Below are positions 1 through 9,735 of a DNA stretch of 64,000 nt, one piece after another. The translations under genes were made by a program, and so were the position numbers. Position 1 is the stretch's first letter. Every line of letters starts with the position of its first letter. Source of the DNA: an uncultured Ignavibacteriales bacterium. Its GTDB lineage: Bacteria; Zixibacteria; MSB-5A5; GN15; FEB-12. The stretch covers positions 8,555 through 72,554 of the forward strand of contig CAYQDB010000003.1 of assembly GCA_964416195.1 (NCBI GenBank), given 5' to 3'. The notes under the pieces were generated by a model that searched no databases, was not told where the DNA came from, and saw nothing but the letters and a program-made list of their open reading frames with translations.

Positions 1-185
1 TTACCAGTTTATTTTACACTACAATCAATACGTAAGTCAAGTTATAAGAAGAAAGAGGCTTTGACAGCGGCTGCCCTTAGGGTAAATTTGTATTTGTCGA
101 CAATAGGAATAGTAGTTATTTTAGTCATGAAACTAAGAACGTTGGACTAAAAACGGAGCAAATTCATCTGATATTTTGTTGAGAT

Positions 186-1328
186 ATGGGTAAAACATCA
201 AAGAGAATCGGCGTTCTAACAGGTGGAGGCGATTGCCCCGGCCTGAATGCTGTCTTGAGAGCAATCGTCAAGACGGCTGATAATGACTACGATATCGAAG
301 TCATTGGCTTTGCTGATGGCTATGAAGGGCTTGTCGAAGGCCGTTACCGGGAGCTGGGCACCAAGGATGTTTCCGGCATCCTAGCACAGGGCGGTACCAT
401 CCTGGGGACTTCCAACCGGGCGGATCCTTTTCATTATCCTGTTCTGGAGGGTGAGGATTTTGTTTACCTTGACCGCTCCAGCCAAGCCCTACGCAACTTC
501 GAATCCCTTGGGCTGGGTGCCTTGATTGCAATCGGCGGGGACGGTACAATGGCTGCCTCAGCAGGTATGGTCGACAAAGGGCTGCCCATTGTCGGGGTGC
601 CAAAAACAATTGACAACGACTTGGTTGGGACAGATGTTACCTTCGGTTTTGATTCCGCCTTTACAACGGCAACAGAAGCAGTTGACAAGATTCATACGAC
701 AGCCCAATCGCATCACCGGGTTATGATTGTTGAGGTGATGGGCCGGTATGCCGGATGGCTGGCCTTGTATTCGGGTATGGCTGGTGGTGGCGACATTATC
801 CTGATGCCGGAGTTTCCATACGACATCGATGCTGTCTGCGAAGCCGTTAAGACCAGAAACGCCATGGGCAAGAACTTCTCGATAGTTGTCGTTGGCGAGG
901 GGGTCAAGCCGTTTGGCGGAAAGATAGTCGTGAAGCGCACGGTCAGGGGCTCTCCTGATGCTATCCGACTGGGTGGGATATCTCACCAGATTGCCTCCCA
1001 AATAGAGGGTCTGACAAATATTGAGTGCCGGGTGACAATTCTGGGGCACTTGCTCAGGGGTGGATCACCGACACCGTTCGATCGCATACTGGCGACCAGG
1101 TTTGGCGCCGAAGCGGTGCGCATGGTGAGCCGAGGCGAGTTTGGTCAGATGGTCGCTTTGAAGAAAGGGAATATGAGCGCTACGCCTCTCAAGGACGTGG
1201 CCGGCAAGCTGCGTACTGTCACACCTGATCATCCCCTTGTGAAAACGGCTGAATCGCTGGGAATATGCTTGGGAGTTTCTGCTGGGACTCTCCTTGAAAA
1301 GCCGGAGTCGCAGGAGGTCACCCCATAG
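186..1328 (+). CDS. pfkA: 6-phosphofructokinase (PFK-A family)
   Basis: 380-aa ORF with GVLTGGGDCPGLNA, IGGDGT and PKTIDND motifs. GGDG is the ATP-type residue but PKTIDND carries the Lys typical of PPi/group III enzymes, so the phosphoryl donor cannot be called by eye. Confidence 0.9.
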   Translation: MGKTSKRIGVLTGGGDCPGLNAVLRAIVKTADNDYDIEVIGFADGYEGLVEGRYRELGTKDVSGILAQGGTILGTSNRADPFHYPVLEGEDFVYLDRSSQALRNFESLGLGALIAIGGDGTMAASAGMVDKGLPIVGVPKTIDNDLVGTDVTFGFDSAFTTATEAVDKIHTTAQSHHRVMIVEVMGRYAGWLALYSGMAGGGDIILMPEFPYDIDAVCEAVKTRNAMGKNFSIVVVGEGVKPFGGKIVVKRTVRGSPDAIRLGGISHQIASQIEGLTNIECRVTILGHLLRGGSPTPFDRILATRFGAEAVRMVSRGEFGQMVALKKGNMSATPLKDVAGKLRTVTPDHPLVKTAESLGICLGVSAGTLLEKPESQEVTP

Positions 1329-1605
1329 GCACTGCGGCAGGTGTATGGCAGTCCATCTTCTCCCGACCTAATGGAATCCGAAGAGATGAACGCCGCAGAG
1401 GTAGTTTGTCCGGATTCTTCAGGCGATGGGACAGCCTGTTACTACGAGAGTCAATTCAATAGCCTGCGGGATGAACAAATCTTTAGGTACCTATGTTGAT
1501 GGTAGTGTATTATAGTTCTGTGCTGGTGGCGGTGCCTGTAATAAGGCGGAGATTTTGAGTAATGCTCAGATGGTCTCATGGTAAGACTTAGTATTGGTAC
1601 GTGTT

Positions 1606-2478
1606 ATGTCAAAAAAGAAAAACGATGTGGAAGTGATGGTCAAGCGCCTGAAGAGGTCACCTGCCTATAAGATTGCCTATTACGACAATGATTTCATAGA
1701 TACGGATGACCTCCGCCCGGTGCGGCTGCAGTTAGAGCTGCTGAAACCTGAGCTCATTCTCCGTAAAGAAAAAATCGTATCGACTATCGTGGTCTTTGGT
1801 GGCACCCGTATTTTGGAGCCAAAAAAGGCTGAAGCCCGGGTGAAAAAACTTGAAGTGAAGCTCAAACGAAATCCTATGGATCGTTCTCTCAAGAGACAAT
1901 TGAGAATTGCCAGGTCGATTCGGGCTAAGTCTCATTTCTACGATGAGGCGAGAGAACTTGGCCGTCTGGTCTCTATGGAAGGCCAGAAACACAATGACCA
2001 CCAGTTCGTCATTGTTACCGGCGGTGGGCCGGGAATTATGGAGGCTGCCAATCGAGGAGCGCATGATGTTGACGCCAAGTCTGTTGGTCTGAATATCACA
2101 ATCCCTCAGGAGCAGGAGCCAAACCCATACATTTCTCCGGAACTCTGTATGCAGTTCCATTACTTTGCCTTGAGGAAAATGCACTTTTTCCTTCGCGCTA
2201 AGGCGCTGGTGGCGTTTCCAGGCGGCTATGGAACGATGGACGAGTTGTTCGAGGCTCTGACACTGGTCCAGACTGGAGTCGTGAAACGGCTGCCGATTAT
2301 TCTGTTCGGTGAGAAATACTGGCGTAAGTTGATTAACTTCGACTATCTGCTCAAAGAGGGTACTATCGACGAGGAAGACATCAATCTGTTTGTTTATGCC
2401 GACAAAGCAGCCGACGCCTGGAATTACATCAAGTATTTCTATGAATCCCGCGGTAACAGTCTCCCACGCCCCCTCTGA
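1606..2478 (+). CDS. LOG / TIGR00730 family Rossmann-fold protein (lysine-decarboxylase-like)
   Basis: GGGPGIMEA and PGGYGTMDELFE motifs. ATG at 1606 preferred over the upstream TTG at 1594. Confidence 0.75.
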   Translation: MSKKKNDVEVMVKRLKRSPAYKIAYYDNDFIDTDDLRPVRLQLELLKPELILRKEKIVSTIVVFGGTRILEPKKAEARVKKLEVKLKRNPMDRSLKRQLRIARSIRAKSHFYDEARELGRLVSMEGQKHNDHQFVIVTGGGPGIMEAANRGAHDVDAKSVGLNITIPQEQEPNPYISPELCMQFHYFALRKMHFFLRAKALVAFPGGYGTMDELFEALTLVQTGVVKRLPIILFGEKYWRKLINFDYLLKEGTIDEEDINLFVYADKAADAWNYIKYFYESRGNSLPRPL

Positions 2479-2696
2479 AAGCCACTTCCTGTGGGCATGT
2501 TCAGGTAATATGTGAATGGCTATGCTTCTATTTTCTCAAAAAACCCTGCTTTTGCAGGAACGACATCATATTCAGTCGTAGCACATTAGGCTCAGTGTTG
2601 GCCATGCGCCGAGCCGAATGTTCTGACCAGGAGTGCCTATCCGTACCATTAACGGCCAACTGTTTCGCTTCGTGAAATGTTATTGACAGATTGGTA

Positions 2697-3329
2697 TCAA
2701 CTGTTGTGAGTCCTATGATAGTCAAGGTAGGCTTTCCCTTTTTCAGTCAGATCGTAATAGGTATGGTTACGGTGCTTGATCCACTTGTTGTCGACAACTC
2801 CCTTGCGGTACTGCACTATTCGCGGCTCGACGCGCTGTAAAAGTCCCAGGTCTCGCAGCCGCTTATGCCGCTCGAACGCATCCTGTTTGGGAATAGCCAG
2901 CGCTTTTGCAACCATCAGGGAATAGTCAATGCCGTAGTCAAGATGATGCCTTAGCACCGCAAAGTCATCAACCTCCAATTCGTTGTAATCCTGCCCTGGG
3001 GTGAAACCTGCATCCTCCAGTATGTCATCCCATGACAATGCAACGAGCCTGGTTGGTTCGGCCTTTTTGAGACTGGCGCAGTCGTGATGGTGCACCTTGA
3101 GGTAATTGTCGTGGCTGTAGTAGCCGACAATCTTATCTTCAAGTGACGGAGAGCAACACTTCGCAAGGATATATTTTTCTTTGAGTTTTATTTCATTGGG
3201 CATGATTGTAATATACATCGGCTTGAAGAAAAAGGCAGCATGTTTTGCATTCACGGTGGCATCAGGCAGGTCGAGGTTGTCCCAAACCCTGTCTGCCGCG
3301 CACGGAAAGTCTTGTAGGTCAAGCTCCAA
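2697..3329 (-). CDS. hypothetical protein with RelA/SpoT zinc-finger (CC) domain-like motif and C-terminal winged-helix-like region
   Basis: AKCCSPSLEDKIVGYYSHDNYLKVHHHDC resembles the AKCC.P.PGD.IVG....G..VH..DC motif of the RelA/SpoT ZFD. The C-terminal part (RLRDLGLLQRV...YYDLTEKG) looks wHTH-like. Start is uncertain. Confidence 0.45.
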   Translation of the reverse strand: MELDLQDFPCAADRVWDNLDLPDATVNAKHAAFFFKPMYITIMPNEIKLKEKYILAKCCSPSLEDKIVGYYSHDNYLKVHHHDCASLKKAEPTRLVALSWDDILEDAGFTPGQDYNELEVDDFAVLRHHLDYGIDYSLMVAKALAIPKQDAFERHKRLRDLGLLQRVEPRIVQYRKGVVDNKWIKHRNHTYYDLTEKGKAYLDYHRTHNS

Positions 3330-3396
3330 GTGGGCTTGACCTACTTATTGCTATTAGATACATTCGGGCAAACATTAGGCGACCCTGAAAGGAACT

Positions 3397-4572
3397 ATGC
3401 AGCAATCACTCATCACATCCCCAGCCGGCATTCTAGCCGTGCTGGCGGCGGTAACTTCGTTTTTCTTTTTCCTGGAAAAGAAAACGGGGTGGAAGTTCTT
3501 CAATTACTTCCCACCGCTGATCTTTATTTATCTTATACCAGTAGCATTATCAAACAGCGGTCTCATCCCGACCAAGTCGCCCGTCTACGATTTTATGGGC
3601 GCCAACATCCTGCCCATGTTCCTTGTAATCATGCTTTTGGATGTCGATATACTGGCCACGGTCCGTGTAATGGGTAAAGGGGTGTTTGTAATGCTCGCCG
3701 GTACGCTGGGTGTTGTGGTCGGAGCGCCAATTGGATTCTTCATAGTCAAGCAAGGGCTGGGGCCGGAGGCCTGGAAAGGGTTTGGGGCACTGGCGGGAAG
3801 CTGGATCGGCGGCACGGGCAATATGGCCGCGGTGGCGATTGCGCTGGACCTTGACGAAAGCACGCTCGATTTCGGTTATGCCGTGATCGCCGACAACGCC
3901 GTCTATTTGATATGGTTGCCGATTATGCTGGCTTCGAAGAATCTGGCCGGGTGGTTCAACCGCTTCACCGGAATAGCGAAGGACAGGTTGGAAACGATGG
4001 AAAAGGCCGCTGCCGAACTGACCATGGACAAAGGCAAGGTCGAGATGCGCCACTATCTGTATTTAGCCTTTTTCGGGTTTGGCGTTACGGCTTTGGCTAC
4101 ATGGATCGCAAACATGCTCCCACCGGTACCGCCTGTGTTCTCCGTGAATACGTACAAGATTCTTATCGTGACGGTGGTCGGCATCATCCTGTCGTTTACC
4201 AGAGCCAGCAAGATACCCGGTTCCCACGCTCTGGCCATGGCGCTGGTCTATCTGTTCGTGGCGCGGATGGGGGCTAAGGCCGACCTGTCGAATTTGAGCA
4301 CGTCCGTCTTCTGGTTCTTGCTGGGGGCATATATCTGGATTTTCATACATGGAGCTTTTCTCGTTACGGCGGCCAAGATATTCAAAGTCGACGTCCACAC
4401 AGCGGCCATTGCCTCGGCAGCGAATATCGGCGGCGCAGCCTCCGCGCCGATTGTGGCGGCGTATCACCGGACGACGTTGGTGCCAGTCTCGATATTGATG
4501 GCGCTTTTGGGCTACGCCATTGGCAACCCCGCTGCGATATTAGCAGCTACGTTGTGTAAATGGGTGGGGTGA
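3397..4572 (+). CDS. multi-pass membrane protein, DUF819-like
   Basis: 391 aa and hydrophobic throughout, with GSWIGGTGNMAAV and ANIGGAASAPIVAA motifs recalled from the DUF819 family. Confidence 0.55.
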   Translation: MQQSLITSPAGILAVLAAVTSFFFFLEKKTGWKFFNYFPPLIFIYLIPVALSNSGLIPTKSPVYDFMGANILPMFLVIMLLDVDILATVRVMGKGVFVMLAGTLGVVVGAPIGFFIVKQGLGPEAWKGFGALAGSWIGGTGNMAAVAIALDLDESTLDFGYAVIADNAVYLIWLPIMLASKNLAGWFNRFTGIAKDRLETMEKAAAELTMDKGKVEMRHYLYLAFFGFGVTALATWIANMLPPVPPVFSVNTYKILIVTVVGIILSFTRASKIPGSHALAMALVYLFVARMGAKADLSNLSTSVFWFLLGAYIWIFIHGAFLVTAAKIFKVDVHTAAIASAANIGGAASAPIVAAYHRTTLVPVSILMALLGYAIGNPAAILAATLCKWVG

Positions 4573-4640
4573 TAAATCATGAAGTTTTTTGTCATGTACT
4601 TATGTAATGATCCTTTCAAGGATTAGCATCGTAATAACGT

Positions 4641-5627
4641 TCACTCCTCCACCAATCCAATCCGTTGTTTATCTACTTGCTCCTTCACATAGTCGATTAT
4701 CATGTCTATCGATATAACCACTGCGAGGTCGGAGTTCTCTTCGTACGTGAAAGTATAATCCTCAGAAAGTAACTGCAGTACGAGTGAGCTATCTGCTAGT
4801 CTGGTTGAGTCTACAAGTTCAATAACAGCTGGTATCTTCGATAGCGGAATCGTGTGTGGCTTAATGATGGGATAGTGTTTGCAGATGATTCCGGCAAGTC
4901 TCATATCATAAGAAACTGTCAACTTGCCATCTGAAGTTTCCGAAACGTAAGCCCTTCTAATAAACACTGGACCGCCGCTATTTCCACCCAAAGAAACGCC
5001 ATCAATCAGATACATGCCCGGGATCAAGAACTTCGAACCTGCGAAGTAAACGTCCTGAGTAGCAAAGAAGGCAACCGAACCATCTCGGCAAATGGGTAGA
5101 TTCCACACATTCCCATACAAACCATAATCGGCATAATTGGGATAGCCAAAGAAGAGAACCTGTTCACCGTATTCAAGGTCGTTGTGACGGATTGTTTTTT
5201 CTTCCGTAATTGGATTAATGCTTAATGAGTCATGTGGGCGAGCGATTGGTATTGCAACAAAATCAGAATCCGCATCTTCAGGCATAAGAGCCTTAGTTGT
5301 GTTCTTATGGAAAGTGGCAAATGCTTCTACTGCAAAAATACGCCCTTCTGAATGTCTGAAATTGGGGAAACTTATCTTAAGTGAATCTTTGTTAACGTAA
5401 ATATGTCTATTAGTAATCAGATAAATATCTGGAAATGTCGAATCTATATCACATAGAACTCCGGTTCCGAAAGGATACCACGACTGACTGGCGGTATCGA
5501 ATGCCATAATTAGAGCGATAGGTTCCAACAAACTTTTAGACCTCCAATGTGGTTTCAGAAGTGTTCCTGCCGCAGCTGCTTGGACGAGCCATACTACAAG
5601 AACTACTGCAATTACCAGTTTTCTCAT
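4641..5627 (-). CDS. secreted trypsin-like (S1/S1C) serine protease
   Basis: Internal ATG at 5627 is preceded by AGGAGG and followed by the signal peptide MRKLVIAVVLVVWLVQAAAAG. Triad context: TNRHIY (His), DSDFVAIPI (Asp), GGNSGGPVF (Ser). The region looks AT-richer than its flanks. Confidence 0.75.
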   Translation of the reverse strand: MRKLVIAVVLVVWLVQAAAAGTLLKPHWRSKSLLEPIALIMAFDTASQSWYPFGTGVLCDIDSTFPDIYLITNRHIYVNKDSLKISFPNFRHSEGRIFAVEAFATFHKNTTKALMPEDADSDFVAIPIARPHDSLSINPITEEKTIRHNDLEYGEQVLFFGYPNYADYGLYGNVWNLPICRDGSVAFFATQDVYFAGSKFLIPGMYLIDGVSLGGNSGGPVFIRRAYVSETSDGKLTVSYDMRLAGIICKHYPIIKPHTIPLSKIPAVIELVDSTRLADSSLVLQLLSEDYTFTYEENSDLAVVISIDMIIDYVKEQVDKQRIGLVEE

Positions 5628-5658
5628 AATCCAAATCCTCCTACATACAGTTAGAGTT

Positions 5659-5916
5659 TTATTGATTCGTTTTGTTGTACCGTGGGTTCTTTCCCTTGTG
5701 AGAGTGTCGATACTGTTCAAGCCTATTCTCCTCCCACTCTTCAGCTGAATCCTTTGTTACAAAGGGGCCCGCCTTGTTTACAGAAGTAAAACGCTTTCCG
5801 TCTTGGCGATGTTGCTCTGCACGTTCGTCAAGAGACTGACTCGTAATCCCTACATAGACTAATTTCCCTTTTTCTCGAAGCTCATACCTGGCGAACCCTC
5901 TCTTTTTTGACATCAT
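5659..5916 (-). CDS. small stand-alone GIY-YIG nuclease-superfamily protein
   Basis: 85 aa. YEL-x7-VYVG spacing fits GIY-x10-YIG, followed by RAEQH (Arg/His) and EEWEENRLEQY...N (Glu/Asn). Lies 31 nt upstream of the protease on the same strand. Confidence 0.6.
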   Translation of the reverse strand: MMSKKRGFARYELREKGKLVYVGITSQSLDERAEQHRQDGKRFTSVNKAGPFVTKDSAEEWEENRLEQYRHSHKGKNPRYNKTNQ

Positions 5917-6329
5917 AGTCTCCTATAGTTTAATTAAGTGTGACTTTTTGTTTAATTAACCAATCCAAGATAGCCTTTCGTAAAGAATACCAAACGCTAT
6001 TATAGGTGTTTTTTCTCTAACCCATAATCCCATACATTGCAATAACTTAGAGCTGAGACAAGCATACATAAAATGCGCATTTGTGCAGCGAATCTGAACA
6101 ATTGAAAAGTCTATTAATGTAACCACTATTCCAGTAACCACTTACGAACCGATCGGTTGTGATTGAATATAAGACCGCAAGACAGTAATTTTTTGGATGG
6201 CCGTAATCTTTTGGAAATTATATGATTAGAGAGGATTTTCTTAAGGGAGCCCAATAATGGGTAGCTCTTTGTAAATACTGGATGGACGGTTGGCCCACAG
6301 CTCTGGGAGTGTTGAAAAAGTCACATTTT

Positions 6330-6625
6330 TGTCATTGCGAGCAACAGCGTGGCAATCTCGGTTATTGAATGCAAACAAGATAGCCATATCACTTGGCTCC
6401 TCGCTATGACGCTTGTCATGTTTTTCAACAAGCACATTTGCCTGGTGCCCGGGTGCCCCATAGCTTGCTATGGGAAGCCTTAATCCAAGCACCCTTTTTC
6501 ATCCTTCGACTCCGCTCAGGATGACTATGTACGAGAGATAGGAGTGGCTTGCCACCGTCATGGTGAGCCGTCCATCCGCCTTTGGCGGACTGTCGGGCGA
6601 AGTCGAACAATGACATGTTTGTGAC
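6330..6625. repeat. cluster of dispersed hairpin repeats (cattgcgag...gcaatc type and TCGACTCCGCTC-core type)
   Basis: gtcattgcgagcaacagcgtggcaatc; tcatcct-tcgactccgctc-aggatga (7-bp stem); gtcatggtgagc...gaagtcgaacaatgac. The track ORFs here (6241..6492, 6425..6667) are built from these repeats. Confidence 0.6.
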
Positions 6626-6939
6626 CGGCGGGTAGGTTTGTGACGACTCTGCTGTCCACGATCGCATTCAAACCCACCTGTTAGGCGGGGTACAATGTAA
6701 CACCAAAAACCGCGAGGTTAAGACCCGAAAATGCCGCTTGCAGTGACGCTCTTAAACGGATATCGGGCTGTTTTTGAGGTGGACAAAAACAGTTTTTTTC
6801 TATATATTTGTGTTGAGTCAGAAAAAACGGAATACTTACGGAGTCCTTGCCTGCCGGAGAGCAAGAGAACGCTCCTATTTCAGTGTCTTTCTTGGCAGGC
6901 TGTTTGTCATCTCGCATTTGTTACGAAAGGATCTTGGTT

Positions 6940-9735
6940 ATGGAGTCTTTGGGAACATTCAGGAGAAAACGTGATTGCTTGGGGTTTGTCCTCTCTGCGA
7001 CTCTCGTTGCCGTTCTGATGGTGGCAACAGTCCCGGTTTATGGGCAGTTGACAAGTGAAGATATAGCTGTCCTGGAAGAACAAGGCAGGGAAGAGGGCTG
7101 GTCTTTTACGGTCGGCGAGAACCCTGCTACTCAGTATTCGCTCGATCAATTGTGCGGTTTGAAGGAGCCGGATAATTGGCGTGAAGGTGCCCGCTTTGAT
7201 CCCTGTAAGCCGGGTCGGGGCCTTCCGGTGTCATTCGATTGGCGGGATTCGGCTGGTTGTACGCCGGTGAAGGCTCAAGATGGCTGCGGAAGCTGCTGGG
7301 CGTTTGGAACGGTGGGGCCTCTTGAATGCAACATCAAGATCAGAGATGGTGTGACAGTGGACCTGTCAGAACAGTGGCTGGTAAGCTGTAATCGTGATGG
7401 GTGGGATTGTGATGGTGGCTGGTTTGCGCATGACTATCATGAGTGGAAGACGGATGATTGCGATAGTACCAGGGCAGTTTTGGAAGCCGATTTTCCGTAT
7501 GTTGCTTGGGACGCTCCATGTAGTTGTCCCTATCCTCACTCCTATGGCATAGAATCCTGGGCCTATATCGGCGATGCATATAGTGTTCCAAGTGTTGCGG
7601 CTATGAAGCAGGCGATTCTGGATTACGGTCCCATCTCCGTCGCTGTTTACGCCAATTCAGCTATGCAGGCGTACACTGGCGGTGTATTCAACGGCTGTTC
7701 GGGCGGTACTGTCAATCACGCCATTACTCTTGTTGGCTGGGATGATAACCAGGGGACGGACGGCGTTTGGTTCATGCGCAATTCATGGGGCCCCGGCTGG
7801 GGTGAAGGTGGCGGATACATGCGCATTCCCTATGGCTGCTCCAGTATCGGTTATGCTGCCTGTTACGTGAACTACATCACAGTGCGGAATATCTCTTTTG
7901 AGTATCCCAATGGAATCCCCACGAGCGTTATTCCAGAAGAGACGACTGTATTCGAGGTGGTTGTGAATGGCGTTGGGGGTGGAACACCAGTACCAGGCAG
8001 TGGGCAACTTCATTATGCCATCAACGGCGGATCGGTCCAAACCGAGTCGATGATGGAGAAATTGCTCAATCACTATGAGGCGACTTTGCCAGAGCTTACC
8101 TGTGGTGACCGGTTGGAGTTCTATATCAGTGTAGAGGAGTCTACCGATGGAAGGGTATATGATCCCGATCCCAGCTCCCCTAACGTGGCCATTCCGGCTA
8201 CTAACCTGATTACAGTTTTTGAGGATAACTTTGAAACCAACAAAGGATGGACAGTGTCAGGCGATGCAGTCGACGGACAGTGGGATCGCGGAGTTCCGGT
8301 CGGCGGCGGCGATCGCGGTGACCCGACAACCGATTTCGACGGTTCCGGGAGATGCTATCTCACCGACAACGTGGATGGCGATTCCGATGTTGACGGCGGG
8401 ACAACAATACTGACCTCTCCTGTCTTTGATCTCTCAGATGGTAACGCGCAGATACATTATGCCCGCTGGTACTCGAATGATTTCGGCAGTACTCCCCACA
8501 GCGATGTCTTTGAGGTATACATATCGAACAATAACGGCGGTAATTGGGTCCTTGTTGAAACTGTGGGGCCTACCGAAGAGGCTTCCGGTGGCTGGTATGA
8601 ACACGCTTTCTGGGTGAGTGACTTTATCACACCTACTACTCAGATGCGGCTGCGCTTTGACGCGTCTGACCTGGGTGATGGCTCTGTTGTTGAAGCCGGT
8701 ATCGATGATGTTAACATTACAGTATATGAGTGCGGGGTTTCGACGCCGCAGATCATCACCGTGGCTCTTCCCGATTGGACAATCAATAGCCCATATTCCC
8801 AGCAGTTGCAGGCAATGGGGGGTACCGGGACACTGACCTGGATTGACGAGTACGGTGATCTTATAGGAAGTGGCTTGATGCTCTCTTCTGCCGGTCTGTT
8901 GTCCGGGACTCCGGTCTCTACCGGGCAAATCTCATTCACTGCGCAGGTGACGGATGAAGCCCTTGAATCTGACGAAAGACTCTTCAGCTTTTTCATTAAC
9001 GCTGCGCTGGTCATTGTTACAGATTCGCTACCAAACTGGACAATTGATCAAGCCTATAGTGAGCAGTTGCAGGTAACCGGTGGCACCGGGATAAAGGTCT
9101 GGTCGGATAGGAACGGCGATCTCAGCGGGACGGGTTTGAGCCTGTCCATGACCGGAGTGCTATCGGGTGTGCCTGGTGTGGCATCAGTCATAACTTTTAC
9201 GGCTCACGTGAGCGATGATGGGGGAGACACTGAAGATAAACCCTTCTCGTTTACGATAAACCCTGCTGTAGCAATTACTACCGACTCGCTTCCGGCTGGT
9301 ACCGAGGGTGATCAGTATTCAGAGCAGCTTGAGGCCAGCGGGGGCACGGGCACAAGGACCTGGGATGACAAAGACCATGACCTCGAAGGAACCGGAATCA
9401 GTCTTTCACCAGCCGGTCTCCTTTCCGGAACACCGATTGACACCGGTACGGTTAATTTCACCGCACAGGTTGAAGACATAGCTGGCAGTACCGATGAGAG
9501 GCTGTTTACTCTTATCATCGGACCGTCGTACATCTGCGGTGACGTTGACGGCAGCGATTCCGATCCAAATGTCGCTGACGTAACCTACCTTGTTGATTAT
9601 CTCTTTTTGGGTGGGCCACCACCACAGCCTATAGAAGCGGCCGATGTCGATGGTGCAAATGGTGTGAACATTGCGGACCTGACTTACTTAGTGAACTACC
9701 TGTTTGGAGAAGGGGCCGAATTGAACTGCCCCTGA
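6940..9735 (+). CDS. secreted papain-like (C1A) cysteine protease with beta-sandwich module, four Ig-like repeats and C-terminal dockerin-like domain
   Basis: ATG at 6940 precedes a signal peptide. Catalytic motifs: QDGCGSCWAFG, VNHAITLVGWD, NSWGPGWGEGGY. Four repeats of LP.WT....YS.QL...GGTG...W. C-terminus has two DVDG...V(N)(I/V)AD(L/V)TYLV.YLF segments. Confidence 0.85.
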   Translation: MESLGTFRRKRDCLGFVLSATLVAVLMVATVPVYGQLTSEDIAVLEEQGREEGWSFTVGENPATQYSLDQLCGLKEPDNWREGARFDPCKPGRGLPVSFDWRDSAGCTPVKAQDGCGSCWAFGTVGPLECNIKIRDGVTVDLSEQWLVSCNRDGWDCDGGWFAHDYHEWKTDDCDSTRAVLEADFPYVAWDAPCSCPYPHSYGIESWAYIGDAYSVPSVAAMKQAILDYGPISVAVYANSAMQAYTGGVFNGCSGGTVNHAITLVGWDDNQGTDGVWFMRNSWGPGWGEGGGYMRIPYGCSSIGYAACYVNYITVRNISFEYPNGIPTSVIPEETTVFEVVVNGVGGGTPVPGSGQLHYAINGGSVQTESMMEKLLNHYEATLPELTCGDRLEFYISVEESTDGRVYDPDPSSPNVAIPATNLITVFEDNFETNKGWTVSGDAVDGQWDRGVPVGGGDRGDPTTDFDGSGRCYLTDNVDGDSDVDGGTTILTSPVFDLSDGNAQIHYARWYSNDFGSTPHSDVFEVYISNNNGGNWVLVETVGPTEEASGGWYEHAFWVSDFITPTTQMRLRFDASDLGDGSVVEAGIDDVNITVYECGVSTPQIITVALPDWTINSPYSQQLQAMGGTGTLTWIDEYGDLIGSGLMLSSAGLLSGTPVSTGQISFTAQVTDEALESDERLFSFFINAALVIVTDSLPNWTIDQAYSEQLQVTGGTGIKVWSDRNGDLSGTGLSLSMTGVLSGVPGVASVITFTAHVSDDGGDTEDKPFSFTINPAVAITTDSLPAGTEGDQYSEQLEASGGTGTRTWDDKDHDLEGTGISLSPAGLLSGTPIDTGTVNFTAQVEDIAGSTDERLFTLIIGPSYICGDVDGSDSDPNVADVTYLVDYLFLGGPPPQPIEAADVDGANGVNIADLTYLVNYLFGEGAELNCP

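Noticed and set aside
1329-1593. Possible structured RNA between pfkA and the LOG-family gene (ctgcggc...gccgcag enclosing about 55 nt)
   Set aside because: Only one 7-bp pairing is clear. The inner candidate stem does not pair when checked base by base, and no known RNA family motif is recognised.
6241-6667. Track ORFs 6241..6492 and 6425..6667 (minus strand)
   Set aside because: Their sequence is built from dispersed hairpin repeats (cattgcgag/gcaatc and tcgactccgctc units). This is a typical source of spurious repeat-encoded peptides.
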